The position numbers and the translations under genes were made by a program. Shown here in pieces: positions 18,501-26,101 of a stretch of 64,000 nt of DNA; position 1 is the first letter of the stretch; every line of letters begins with the position of its first letter. This stretch comes from a virus (Duplodnaviria > Heunggongvirae > Uroviricota > Caudoviricetes), in the IMG/VR virus record IMGVR_UViG_2537561978_000005; one strand, written 5' to 3'. A model generated the notes under the pieces. It did no database searches. It was not told the DNA's origin and saw only the letters and a list, made by a program, of their open reading frames with translations.

Positions 18501-19347
18501 GATGAAAGCCTTTAGCAATATCGATGATATTGAACGGATGTTTAATCAGGTCAAGATCGCGAAAATTAAGGCGAAGATCGAAAAAACACGTTCTGCGCTG
18601 GTGGCCTGGCGCGATGCATTGTTTGAGCAATATAAATCACTCAGTGATGCAGATGGATGGGCGGCATTGGAACAGCTGGCGAATAATGGGGTAGATGGAG
18701 CGAAACTCGCCATTGTTCAGGCTGATAACCCCCTGGAATCACCGGCAGCACAGTGGATTAAGGTGGGGGCTGTCATCAATGCATTTGATGAAAAACACAT
18801 TAGTAAGGACGATTTTGCTGATGCTGTTTCTGTTAATCGCCTGGTAGAAATGGCTACCCGCCGCGCCCGTGAGTTGAAAGACGGCGACTATGTGAATGAG
18901 TTGCCGGATACGCTCAAATCGGCAACGTGGCAGGACTATGTATCGCTGAAAAACGGCGGGGCCACTGAATCAGAGATCGCGGAAAGGCTTGAGCAGGCTG
19001 AAAGCAAAAGAGAAGAGCAGGCGGCAGTGGCTGAAGCCAGAGCTGATGAAGCGGCGAATGATGACTATATCATTGTGGTTAATGATAAGCCGATTCGCGC
19101 TAAGGCGCGTGTTCGCGGGCGCTGGTGGAGCGTCAGCGAGGACGTTGGCGCGGTTTATCTCATTGCCGACCAACCAGGTTCCTCGACAATACGGAACGCC
19201 AAAGACGCGATTAAGAAGATTGGCGGACGTTTCTGGAATTTTGAAGCAAACCCGGTTGCTGATGTGAACTTTGACCGTCCTGCATGGATGGTATCTACGC
19301 GTTACTCGGTAGATGAACTGCGTAAAATAATCGCCGATGCGGCCTAA
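12511..19347 (+). CDS. darB: DarB-like giant methyltransferase-helicase fusion protein
   Basis: 2278 aa; N-terminal SAM-MTase motifs (VLEPSAGTGIF, GNVPFG); helicase motifs GFGTGLGKTT (Walker A), VIADEGHNY (DEGH), LTATPLVNSPID; TTG start with AGAGGGGG RBS. Confidence 0.55.
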   Translation: MDKLLHSISEASSLGELIEIVSRLHKLRAVATFGVRKADGVSIQKTRRAANNAAVNLLNSLPPGFDGAKLTDEQRQILAGYTGEGGLTDGEGSQYEYYTPQFMAEGIWELFADYGIDGGHVLEPSAGTGIFQETKRQGMIMTSAELSPISGRINQLLHPEDDVNIGAFEALAAKDAMYDHAVGNVPFGEGRSGVAGLDPAYANEKNVGNYFVLRTIDKVKPGGLIVLVVPNGMTDGTKYKKLRDKVSRKAEFLGAHRMPSGTFSESGTDTVVDVWVLRKHPEAFLEMIPDTDDSTLKSANVLWVTFLKGKWFTTEGKRFVYGDMERTSFRNTLVVKKDGRVSNESMKTALSRRFDSRINWDLLGVTTQAWQGAKVGDKRLVGGIWHEFDGLKWVQDTTTKSSALDVSRYGVSTFGDLQIAFQSTNGILALSWDQISAIASDYPSVVSDEVAAMIRFAGKQREKDRERVMRGALIGQLINKALDLRNLGVNVDDKLADASRLAAAEVAKYGPPHAIKLNGLAEAGAKNWMTFTGNVKQDGSTSDLLAGRLDVTDGAAGIDFTRPEQVIAHLFSDVALNPITLGDFREAFAGELPEDDDAVLEYLAKFDDIAIDGYGCLLPMDRATSGDVATKTALLVGWRDASTGEQKANFERQLAKIEEKRIFTPLNKVTVNLNARWLDRRLIKEFLAEQGYDEFKYTEPDLKVVDGILVSPDDYEGKDGVFTGYQLRTVNGKNGNEFKKANNKDGFLNQLENYLNGVKPRGQNANEYLDKIAQLEVSFNDWLRTHPQADQIARDYNDAFNGFIPFTHSDAPLGLEGISGKRIPLTYQNEEVRRLSEDGRGIMGFGTGLGKTTTALALEAYNFETGRTKRTCIVVPKAVYQNWYHEAQSFYSADAFANMMFIGLDEVRDDSGNILTAPVLDENGEPRLDSNGQPLTRNVVKESSSAVIVQRMNMIPSSNWRTVIMTKEQFASIPLREKTIEENSQQAVFNAVEMGRLDLASGKHRDAQKKNKIKDQAANTGTTKKQNIPYFEDMNFDSVIADEGHNYRNSFNAGREAGQLAYLPNPAVSKMARDMAVKAAYMMKRNNGRGVVMLTATPLVNSPIDAFNMLSTVIPQEEWMRMGIITPDDFVRVFGKTATVQVQKISGEVEEKQGLVGFQNLDGLRGIFHRWTTLKTAADVGATVKIPDIIENTLQIPMTGEQETAYEELRKRAQELSRNDELTVDENGHITNDKPDDFIFSIIRDMDKVAIDPDLYASAITFQFPVELADQVKAIADALPKVAGGKVADDVDEAEEDGAGGLVSTRTSKVVKTAFSEHPTHVEIRASIELEAEILKAIAAAGIDMQQVSHPIPPKYAALIENLREGLKNGKQIVFIDEKAQHQKLRRIIASALQMPEQEIGIINATTVSQAGGIKLKKVNKPTEPTPNKNGEYKEGAWETYYSKLAQYEDYLSAKNDAGLEGMEGIAADYNEGRTRIIICNKKAEVGINLHIGTTDIHHLTLPWTPASIDQRNGRGARVGSPQEKVNVHYYCGKGTFDDFRLDTLKRKKDWIKMVMTSDMSEIANGDADDADERAIMLAANPEERRAIMARQAQEREERLKLKAQREANNALDIYLKAANAAGKDIGMMETELKSAMEQIEYYQRNLDDLIKAGTNRNGQKYALEQLSSYRKRARVLRFAITRAKDADTIMKRSRGDVERAIKSGVLDISIDVIQNPQEYMRTDKNILLHKGSYYRAVIDDRETTAIVRVEKIDGEKAQYLCRIAWLDRASRYARAPGSIVTLPFDSVIEAVTFEEGVAESRATAARGVQCHQLSTILTRDQFYDAIRNGVMNVIAGKPGNAWGGGSAIKYWAYRTDDGQIALSSAYDGVIGQKIGRASDIAPERWIYPDGNDEALKREVAKIQASDNPLNIVDGEGFLQALYGYDYTQGMQAWGAQATMDDVAHEFENWMAGRGLSGRSLNKVTSEDILSLFRKPSGEGLESFWRTVLAYRLFQGRMKAFSNIDDIERMFNQVKIAKIKAKIEKTRSALVAWRDALFEQYKSLSDADGWAALEQLANNGVDGAKLAIVQADNPLESPAAQWIKVGAVINAFDEKHISKDDFADAVSVNRLVEMATRRARELKDGDYVNELPDTLKSATWQDYVSLKNGGATESEIAERLEQAESKREEQAAVAEARADEAANDDYIIVVNDKPIRAKARVRGRWWSVSEDVGAVYLIADQPGSSTIRNAKDAIKKIGGRFWNFEANPVADVNFDRPAWMVSTRYSVDELRKIIADAA

Positions 19348-19383
19348 CAGATAAGGAGCGGCCCCAACTGGGGCCGAATTTGA

Positions 19384-19818
19384 ATGACGACATTAATTGA
19401 CACTGTAAAACCGACGGAATCCTACCTTGAGGACATTTTGCCGCAGGCGCTCAATGGCAGGAGTGAAGAGGCGTTTCTGGATGCATATCTGAATGGCATG
19501 GTGGAAAGGCTGAAACGAGATCCACAGCTTTATCACCTTTATGGGCCGTGGTGGCCTGCGCTTAAAACGTTATTGCTGGAGCGCGGCGACATATCATTTG
19601 GACAAGTTGTAGATAGTGATGTGGCAGAGATCTACAAAATGAGTCGCCCGGCGCTTACGGTTTTGGCTGGGCATCTGTATTCGAGCGATCGCCTGGAAAA
19701 TGACGCGGTATACAATCCTGTTCATGCTCTGGAAGTCGCACCTTATGCCGATGATACAGAGCCATACGTGTACACAAGTTACGACGAGTCTATAGAGAAA
19801 TATCGAATTATGGGGTAG
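19384..19818 (+). CDS. Hypothetical protein
   Basis: 144 aa ORF after the darB hairpin. Confidence 0.5.
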   Translation: MTTLIDTVKPTESYLEDILPQALNGRSEEAFLDAYLNGMVERLKRDPQLYHLYGPWWPALKTLLLERGDISFGQVVDSDVAEIYKMSRPALTVLAGHLYSSDRLENDAVYNPVHALEVAPYADDTEPYVYTSYDESIEKYRIMG

Positions 19819-19820
19819 CC

Positions 19821-20081
19821 ATGCGAAAGAATCGTAGGTTTACGGTCGAAGACCTAAAGGAATATTCCATATCGAAGGGGTATATCCTTGAGTTCCACCG
19901 ATACAAGAAGGTTTTTACGCTGCGAAAAGCAGAAAACCCTGCGAACTGGAGCTGGATATACTTTCCTCACACCGATGATAAGTTGGTAGAACTTGTTGAT
20001 GATTTAACCTATGAAGGTTGGTTGATCGCAATCGACAAGACAATCAAAGAATTATCCGAACAGGATAAAATAACCCTTTAA
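19821..20081 (+). CDS. Hypothetical protein
   Basis: 86 aa ORF, coupled 3 nt after upstream stop. Confidence 0.45.
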   Translation: MRKNRRFTVEDLKEYSISKGYILEFHRYKKVFTLRKAENPANWSWIYFPHTDDKLVELVDDLTYEGWLIAIDKTIKELSEQDKITL

Positions 20082-20251
20082 AAATAACAGGTTGGGTAAA
20101 TGCCATGCGATTTACCCTCCTTGTTGATTAAGGTCACTCTTTACTCTAAAAGCAAATCCGACCTGTTGCATATAGACCATCCTTGAGTAGTATCTCTCTT
20201 GTTTTACAAATCTAACGTTGTTGTTATTATTTCGCATATTTACTATCAATG

Positions 20252-20268
20252 GGTGTGTTAGAAAAATA
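20252..20268 (+). promoter_or_regulatory. Operator-like motif
   Basis: TGTTAGAAA at 20256-20264; lies inside the 5' extension of track ORF 20218, arguing that extension is not coding. Confidence 0.35.
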
Positions 20269-20403
20269 GCGCGAAAGAGAAGGCGTCGTAGTGAATATTC
20301 TGAAACATCCCCACATGCCGCAGCTCTTAGAGAACTGGAGAAAAACCCAGATCTAATCAAAAGGAACCATGAGCATTACGAGCAGGTTCGCGTCCTGGAC
20401 TGG

Positions 20404-20712
20404 ATGTATCGCAATATGCGTTATGTGTATGAGCATACTCACGCCACTCCAAACGGTGGCCTGCGAGGCATAAGGACGGCAATAAAAATGGTGGCAGAGG
20501 GCCAAAAGAAGGGATATCCCGATCTTTCTATAGACCTTGCTTGTGGGGGATACCACGGAATGCGCATTGAGATGAAACATGGGAGAAATCGCCTGACTCC
20601 CGAACAACTCGTCTGGATGACTCGCCTCACAGAAGCCGGTTACTACTGCTTTGAGGCGCGCAGTGCCGCTGAAGCCATAAAAGCTATCACGGAGTATGTT
20701 TGTCTTGATTAA
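20404..20712 (+). CDS. VRR-NUC domain nuclease
   Basis: GYPDLSIDLACGGYHGMRIEMKHGRNRLTPEQLVWMTRLTEAGYYCFEA matches the VRR-NUC signature; start taken at first in-frame ATG after the operator motif. Confidence 0.55.
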   Translation: MYRNMRYVYEHTHATPNGGLRGIRTAIKMVAEGQKKGYPDLSIDLACGGYHGMRIEMKHGRNRLTPEQLVWMTRLTEAGYYCFEARSAAEAIKAITEYVCLD

Positions 20713-20726
20713 ACGGAGAAATCGTT

Positions 20727-20927
20727 TTGCGGTTACTTAACGTGGCAGAACTTATCCCTGCAGGAACTAATGCTATCGCTCGTCGTCGCTCATGGCAGCA
20801 GGCTCTATGTATTGAGATCTCGAAACGTATCAATGGAAGTTTTGAAGCTCGCAATATTGTTACTGGCGATAAGGTTCACATAACCCCGGAAAGTGCAAGC
20901 GCTGATGATTGGGAGTTTGTACATTGA
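20727..20927 (+). CDS. Hypothetical small protein
   Basis: 66 aa, TTG start 8 nt after GGAG. Confidence 0.35.
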   Translation: MRLLNVAELIPAGTNAIARRRSWQQALCIEISKRINGSFEARNIVTGDKVHITPESASADDWEFVH

Positions 20928-21223
20928 GCAAAAAATATTATGTGAGTCTGGCGTTCGCTGACGATGCGGGGAGGACGCGGAGTATCACGTTGAGCACACC
21001 GGTTAAGGCTGTGACAGCGCCGTTAATCCGTGAAGCTCTCAGAGAGCTGGAATTGGGGGAAAACTCGGCACTGTTGTCGGTTAGTTGGTTCGGGAAAATG
21101 TCAGAGAAACAATACGTGGATGGAGTTACCCCAATAACAGTAATGAGGCTACTTTCATTGCTGCAATGGGCCATCGTACCTGTATTTATCGCGTATCTTA
21201 TTTATCAGGCTGCAACACAGTAA
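20909..21223 (+). CDS. Hypothetical protein with C-terminal transmembrane helix
   Basis: 104 aa, C-terminal LLSLLQWAIVPVFIAYLIY; followed by terminator. Confidence 0.4.
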   Translation: MGVCTLSKKYYVSLAFADDAGRTRSITLSTPVKAVTAPLIREALRELELGENSALLSVSWFGKMSEKQYVDGVTPITVMRLLSLLQWAIVPVFIAYLIYQAATQ

Positions 21224-21234
21224 TTGCATAAAAA

Positions 21235-21256
21235 CCCGCCAATTAGCGGGTTTTTT
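21235..21256 (+). terminator. Rho-independent terminator
   Basis: CCCGC-caatta-GCGGG followed by TTTTTT. Confidence 0.65.
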
Positions 21257-21294
21257 GTTTATTGCATCTTTCGATACTGTCATCAAACTAATAA

Positions 21295-21311
21295 AATATG
21301 TTAGAAAAATA
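21295..21311 (+). promoter_or_regulatory. Operator-like motif
   Basis: TGTTAGAAA at 21299-21307, 30 bp upstream of ATG 21337. Confidence 0.4.
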
Positions 21312-21336
21312 ATTTAACAAAGTAACGGGAATAGCA

Positions 21337-22545
21337 ATGAGTCAACACACTGATACTTCTAATCTGGAAATTATCTCGACAGCAATTGAAACGCTGCGCA
21401 CACAAATCGCTCTTATACAGAAACGGAATCCGGGTGATGACCTGTCAAAGCGACTGCACGAGAGTGTCATTGCCACTACAGATAACCTGGTGGCGGAAAT
21501 CAACAAGCTGCTTGATGATGGGGCAGTTGATTACAATAAGCTGGTGGATCAGTTTGAGGAATACCAACAAGCAGTTAATGATGGCTTGATCCGTTTTTCA
21601 CAAGTCACAGGCGTATCAGCGACAGTTGAAAGCCTGGGTGATGCAGTTAATCAATTTGCCGCGAATATGCGTAATGAGATCGGCAATCTGGAAGCGCGTC
21701 TTGAACAGGCAAATACACTGCGTAAATCTGCCGAAGCCGATTTGAACCGTTACAAAAAAGACTATCCGCCAAGCCTGACAAAGCGGCTGGATGTTGCGGA
21801 GAAGGATAACCGCACGCTGAAAAGAGAGCGCCGGGAACTAAAAGAGCGTTTAACCAAGCTCAATCAGCAATGCATTGATTATCAAGGCGAAGGCGTCACA
21901 CTGCGTAAAAAGTTGGCTACAGCGCAGAGCATTATCGAAACATTAAAGCGAGAGTGCTCACAGCTTGGTCACGATCTGAACCGTGCTTGTGGCATGGGAC
22001 AAAGACCAGAGACATTTCCACTTATGTATGATGGAAGGGATGCCATTGCCTACATCCATGAGTATCCGCACGGCCTGGTTGCGGAAACTGGGCAGCGTGG
22101 CGAAGCACTGCTGACGGCTAATTACCATCAACAAATCAGAACCAATCGCCTGTTAACGATGGATGTGATCCCATCGGTATGGGGAACGCCGCTTTACTAT
22201 CGCCTGCCGGGCTTCGAAAAGGACTGGAATACCGACATAGACGAATGTCTCGCAGATAAAATTATGGCGTATCTGGAGACGGATTTTCCGCGCTTATATC
22301 GCCGGATTATGGACTCTAAGGATGCGCCAATCGATGAATTAAAAATGCGTCCGGAGACGCTGGAGGCAATCAAGCAGACGGAGTTTGATACTGTATTCAG
22401 TGTGGCCTGCATTCCAAGCTGTTTCCATGAAAGCATCCCGTTCATGCAAGGAGATCGTCGTCAGGAAATCATTGACGCTTGCCGGGTATGGGCGAACGAA
22501 TGGGATAAGAAGAATGGGGGTGTAGAAGATCTTTATGGGAAATAA
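21337..22545 (+). CDS. Hypothetical protein with N-terminal coiled coil
   Basis: 402 aa ORF, RBS ACGGGA. Confidence 0.6.
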   Translation: MSQHTDTSNLEIISTAIETLRTQIALIQKRNPGDDLSKRLHESVIATTDNLVAEINKLLDDGAVDYNKLVDQFEEYQQAVNDGLIRFSQVTGVSATVESLGDAVNQFAANMRNEIGNLEARLEQANTLRKSAEADLNRYKKDYPPSLTKRLDVAEKDNRTLKRERRELKERLTKLNQQCIDYQGEGVTLRKKLATAQSIIETLKRECSQLGHDLNRACGMGQRPETFPLMYDGRDAIAYIHEYPHGLVAETGQRGEALLTANYHQQIRTNRLLTMDVIPSVWGTPLYYRLPGFEKDWNTDIDECLADKIMAYLETDFPRLYRRIMDSKDAPIDELKMRPETLEAIKQTEFDTVFSVACIPSCFHESIPFMQGDRRQEIIDACRVWANEWDKKNGGVEDLYGK

Positions 22546-22560
22546 TGTGTTAGAAATCTA
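22544..22560 (+). promoter_or_regulatory. Operator-like motif
   Basis: TGTTAGAAA at 22548-22556. Confidence 0.35.
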
Positions 22561-22700
22561 AAATCACAATTCGAATGTATTGATTGTGAAGATAACTTAA
22601 CATAGAATTTTCCTTGCTGGTGGGCGGTACCCACGTTTCGCTTGCTGGGCTTGATAGTCACTTATTGGTTATTGTTCGCCCACCAGCATTTAACAAATTA

Positions 22701-22717
22701 AAGTGTTAGAAATGTAT
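22701..22717 (+). promoter_or_regulatory. Operator-like motif
   Basis: TGTTAGAAA at 22705-22713. Confidence 0.35.
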
Positions 22718-23295
22718 AGTAATGCAAGAGCACGCTTTGGCACCGTGCAGGCCAAAGTTCAGCAGGTTTAGTGCGGAAAGTGGTTTCAGAGAGAGCACTT
22801 TGCGGAGTAAACGACAATACATGTTGAGCCACGGAAGGTCTTTTTAAGGTGTTCATTGATGATGGTCCGGCAGAGAGTAACGGTACATGCTGCATCTAAT
22901 CATCAATGCACATCTTCAACATTAAGGAGGCATAGGGATTTTTGTGGCGGTTACCTTTTGCCCTGAGTCTCCTTAATGTTGCGGTAATGCACCTATGCGG
23001 ATGTGGCCTTGCATTGTGTCTTGAAAGAATGGGGTAAGGCCGGGGATATCCCCAGGGGGAGGCACCCCCGCTGCAACGAACAGCCACAGACGGCAGTCGA
23101 GTGATGGAAACGTGTAAAGACTTTAAACCTCGTTACGGCTGGCGTGGCAAACGCGACAACCGAGACAGAGCGGTGACGGGCGGAGAGAGTGCCGCATCAA
23201 GAAAGAAGCCGACTTGTGATCCCTTTCAGCGGGCATTTGAAAGTGAATCCAGCTCAGGCAGTCGGCTTCTTTCTTGTGTGAGATGTAGCGTATTT

Positions 23296-23319
23296 GCCCA
23301 TCTTCGGGTGGGCTTTTTT
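23296..23319 (+). terminator. Rho-independent terminator in non-coding region
   Basis: GCCCA-tcttcggg-TGGGC followed by TTTTTT. Confidence 0.5.
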
Positions 23320-23780
23320 AGGGTTTTCGTCATGGTTAGCGACTTTGCGGCGGTTTAGAAACTGACCATTAAAGTAAATGCAAACGATGATCTGATGATG
23401 GTAGCGGCCTAAGAAGCCAGACGCCACGGGGTATGAGTCGTCCCCCGTCAAAAAAATCGACCGCAGAGTGTCCCCGTCTGTGTATTAGGGAACGGGGAGG
23501 CATAACAGGCAAGGGCGCTGGTGTGATTAACCAGATGAATGAGAAGGGTCAGGTCTTTCTGGTCAGCGCCCTTACCTGTTGCGTCCTTCCCGCGTAACAG
23601 CCATTGCTTAATGGCATCCTGGGAGAACTTCTTGTAACGGGTATATCCCGTCATGCTGAAGGCGCTAATCACGCTGGAAGCCAGGGTTGTGCATCCCCTG
23701 TTACCGAATTGCAGCCAGGGCGCGGTGCGCCGAAAAGCATACGGAGGTGGAAGCCCTCGCCGGAGACGTACCCGGCAAGT

Positions 23781-23855
23781 GATGGTGTAGCTCAGCGGTA
23801 GAGCAGTTGGCTGTTAACCAACTGGTCGGTGGTTCGAATCCACCCACCATCGCCA
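23781..23855 (+). tRNA. tRNA-Asn (anticodon GTT)
   Basis: Cloverleaf folds by hand: acceptor GATGGTG/CACCATC, D stem GCTC/GAGC, anticodon loop CTGTTAA, T arm GGTGG-TTCGAAT-CCACC, 3' CCA encoded. Confidence 0.85.
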
Positions 23856-23860
23856 ATTTA

Positions 23861-23947
23861 GGGGAGTTAGTCCGTAGGGGTAGCGGGGTAGACTGTAAAT
23901 CTACTGTCATTGCGACTCGGGTGGTTCGACTCCATCACTCCCCACCA
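23861..23947 (+). tRNA. Type II tRNA-like, probable tRNA-Tyr (anticodon GTA)
   Basis: Acceptor GGGGAGT/ACTCCCC, anticodon arm GTAGA-CTGTAAA-TCTAC, long variable arm, T arm GGTGG-TTCGACT-CCATC, CCA; D arm did not fold cleanly by hand. Confidence 0.5.
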
Positions 23948-23951
23948 AATT

Positions 23952-24027
23952 GCCGGTTTAGCTCAGTTGGTAGAGCAGTCGCTTTGTAAGCGAATGGTCA
24001 GCGGTTCGATCCCGTTAACCGGCACCA
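23952..24027 (+). tRNA. tRNA-Thr (anticodon TGT)
   Basis: Acceptor GCCGGTT/AACCGGC, D arm GCTC-AGTTGGTA-GAGC, anticodon loop TTTGTAA, T loop TTCGATC, CCA. Confidence 0.8.
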
Positions 24028-24481
24028 ACACAACAGGTAAGAGCATTTGTAGAGTTCGACTCTCTACCGTGGGCTTTTTCCCGCGATGCGAGCCATAAAT
24101 GCTCTTACCGTTGTGATGAAGTGCAGCTCTTTGAAGCAACCAGAAGATAAGCATCTGGCTTCACAACATAAACCGCAGGAACGACCAATAAACGGTAGTC
24201 CGTATGGAGAACACCCCGTTGAGGAAGAGGTCTGGCCGGAACCGTAACCGGCACTACAACGTTGAGAACACTGGCGTAACGGGGTCATATCCCAATCTAC
24301 GAATAAATGTTGCGTTGCAGCGTGACAACCAGTGTTCTCAACATTGTGGTGAATGCGCAGGCTGATGCGCGAAAGACATTGCAGCTATTGCGGAAAAGAG
24401 CTGTTCGGCGGGGCAATTAAACGCCCGTGAGAGTCTGAAATAACCGCAAGCCGGAGATCAGCACCGGTCGCCACAATAACG

Positions 24482-24568
24482 GGAGAGTAGGGAGCATGGT
24501 GCTCAAGCGGTCTTGAAAACCGTCCCATTGCGCAAGCGATGATGGTTCGATTCCATTACTCTCCGCCA
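24482..24568 (+). tRNA. Type II tRNA-like, probable tRNA-Ser (anticodon TGA)
   Basis: Acceptor GGAGAGT/ACTCTCC, anticodon arm CGGT-CTTGAAA-ACCG, long variable arm, T arm GATGG-TTCGATT-CCATT, discriminator G, CCA. Confidence 0.5.
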
Positions 24569-24859
24569 GTGCAACATTAAGGGTATTTGGCTAATTAAGC
24601 GAATGCCGGAAGCAGAACCGGATCACCAAATGCGTACAGGCGTCATCGCCGCCCAGTCAGCCAAATGCTCTTACCATTGCGGTGAATGCGGCTAAGCGCA
24701 CGCGGAACAGTTAAAACAGTAAAGGTGGTCTTTTTACTGGCGTAACGAGAATCCATAAGTGATCCGGCGTTAATTGTTAACTGGTTAACGTCACCGGGAG
24801 GCGCCCGGCACCGCAACCTAACAGCAATGGCGTTTTGTCTTAAAAGGTGGCTGCAAGTG

Positions 24860-24988
24860 ATGGATTTTTGGGCGTTTGCCGATAAAAACCCGGAGTGGAC
24901 ATTATTGTTTCTGCTGGTGGTTGCATACGGGGTAGAGCAAGCGGCAAAAGCCTTACGCGGTTCTGGCAAAAAGCGTAAGCGTAATTAA
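24860..24988 (+). CDS. Small hydrophobic peptide (42 aa), hypothetical
   Basis: ATG 24860 preceded by AAGGTGG at 9 nt; MDFWAFADKNPEWTLLFLLVVAYGVEQAAKALRGSGKKRKRN; below the ORF-track size cutoff. Confidence 0.3.
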   Translation: MDFWAFADKNPEWTLLFLLVVAYGVEQAAKALRGSGKKRKRN

Positions 24989-24997
24989 CAGTAATCT

Positions 24998-25073
24998 GGC
25001 CCTTTAGCTCAGTGGTTAGAGCGGGCGACTCATAATCGCACGGTCACCGGTTCAAGTCCGGTAGGGGCCACCA
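24998..25073 (+). tRNA. tRNA-Ile2-type (anticodon CAT, lysidine-type; formally also readable as Met)
   Basis: GGCCCTTTAGCTCAGTGGTTAGAGCGGGCGACTCATAATCGC...GGTTCAAGTCCGGTAGGGGCCACCA closely resembles E. coli ileX from memory. Confidence 0.8.
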
Positions 25074-25525
25074 CATTTGGTTGTAACACGGCGTATGGCA
25101 CATGCGTCGTTAGCGGTCTGGTGTAGCTGTTAGGTACCTTTTACTAACACTGCATGGGCACACCAGGTAGCCGGAATGTGCAAGCCCCGTTCATAGCGTC
25201 GGACTGCGGATTCACCATCCTGGCGATTCGGTGTGACAGCCGGAAGAGCACGGCGCACAACAGGAAAAGGCGTTTAATTAGCGTGAGCGCCGTTTCCGTT
25301 GTGGTAATTGCGGCTATGCGCTCGTGACGAAGCCATTTTCATTCACTACGTTCTGATAAGTGACGTCGCCAGGAGTGGCTAACCTGGCAGGTGGAGGCAC
25401 CACCGCCACAACTCCTTTCAATTCATCATATAGCCGCTCAGGCTGTACCCCTTAATTAATACGAAGTTACGACATCACTACCGGTACTTCCGGGGGATAG
25501 TCGCGCGTGTAAAAAAGGAAACGTT

Positions 25526-26101
25526 ATGTTAATGGCGAACGATAACGCATATACAGAAGAAGATCTCATTTTGAGTGACTTCATAGGGAAGCGTGAACGC
25601 TGGACCCAAAAGCGAGAGGAAATTTACGCCTCATTAGTTCGCAAAGGCGTCAATATCGAAACCGCACAGAGCGGCGATATGACAGTGGTAAGCGTTGGAT
25701 TGCACGGTGTAAGCGTGTCAGCAATCAATCATGAGCCATACGTTGCGTTATCCGAGTCAATGGTAAGGTTAGTTAAGTTCCTGAAATACACAGAAGCGAA
25801 TAATGTAATCATTGGCAAAAAGAATATCCCTTTTTCCTCGGCTTTTTACTGGATGATGAAAGGGCTTGATGCCCGGCGGACATCATGGCCCAAAGGGAGC
25901 TATATATCGATGTTCCGTGGCAGTATTGGCAGCAAAGAAAAGCTCTTCGAATTCTTGCCGGAAGAGGCATTCGATATTGTGGAAGGGTGCGATGTGATGG
26001 TGATGCCTCGCCTGGTAATGATGAATGGGGATTTACAGGCGCAGACAGACTGGTTTGCAACTGGTGTGGATATTATCGCGACTGACTGGGAGGCTTTCTG
26101 A
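25526..26101 (+). CDS. Hypothetical protein with DUF2829-like C-terminal region
   Basis: 191 aa; C-terminal TDWFATGVDIIATDWEAF and W..KG..RR.SW resemble the DUF2829 pattern seen more clearly in 33748..34188. Confidence 0.35.
   Translation: MLMANDNAYTEEDLILSDFIGKRERWTQKREEIYASLVRKGVNIETAQSGDMTVVSVGLHGVSVSAINHEPYVALSESMVRLVKFLKYTEANNVIIGKKNIPFSSAFYWMMKGLDARRTSWPKGSYISMFRGSIGSKEKLFEFLPEEAFDIVEGCDVMVMPRLVMMNGDLQAQTDWFATGVDIIATDWEAF

Noticed and set aside
12867-18518. Numerous 60-280-aa ORFs on both strands within 12.5-19.3 kb (for example 16156..17007 minus, 17191..17787 minus)
   Set aside because: All lie inside the continuous 2278-aa methyltransferase-helicase frame, which carries ordered catalytic motifs; they are alternative-frame artefacts.
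22698-24288. Track ORFs overlapping the tRNA region (22896..23087, 23101..23358, 23807..24154 and others)
   Set aside because: They overlap tRNA genes, hairpins and a terminator, lack RBSs and have low-complexity translations; the region is better explained as RNA-coding/structured DNA.
24036-24690. Possible CRISPR array suggested by repeated motifs and hairpins
   Set aside because: Repeats are imperfect, only three copies, irregularly spaced (about 240 and 320 bp), and associated with tRNAs; no cas genes anywhere in the window.
25457-25470. AATACGAAGTTAC resembling one arm of canonical loxP
   Set aside because: Only a single arm (11/13 to loxP) with no inverted partner at 8-bp spacing; the element's own lox site at 31138-31171 has different arm sequence; probably chance or a decayed remnant.
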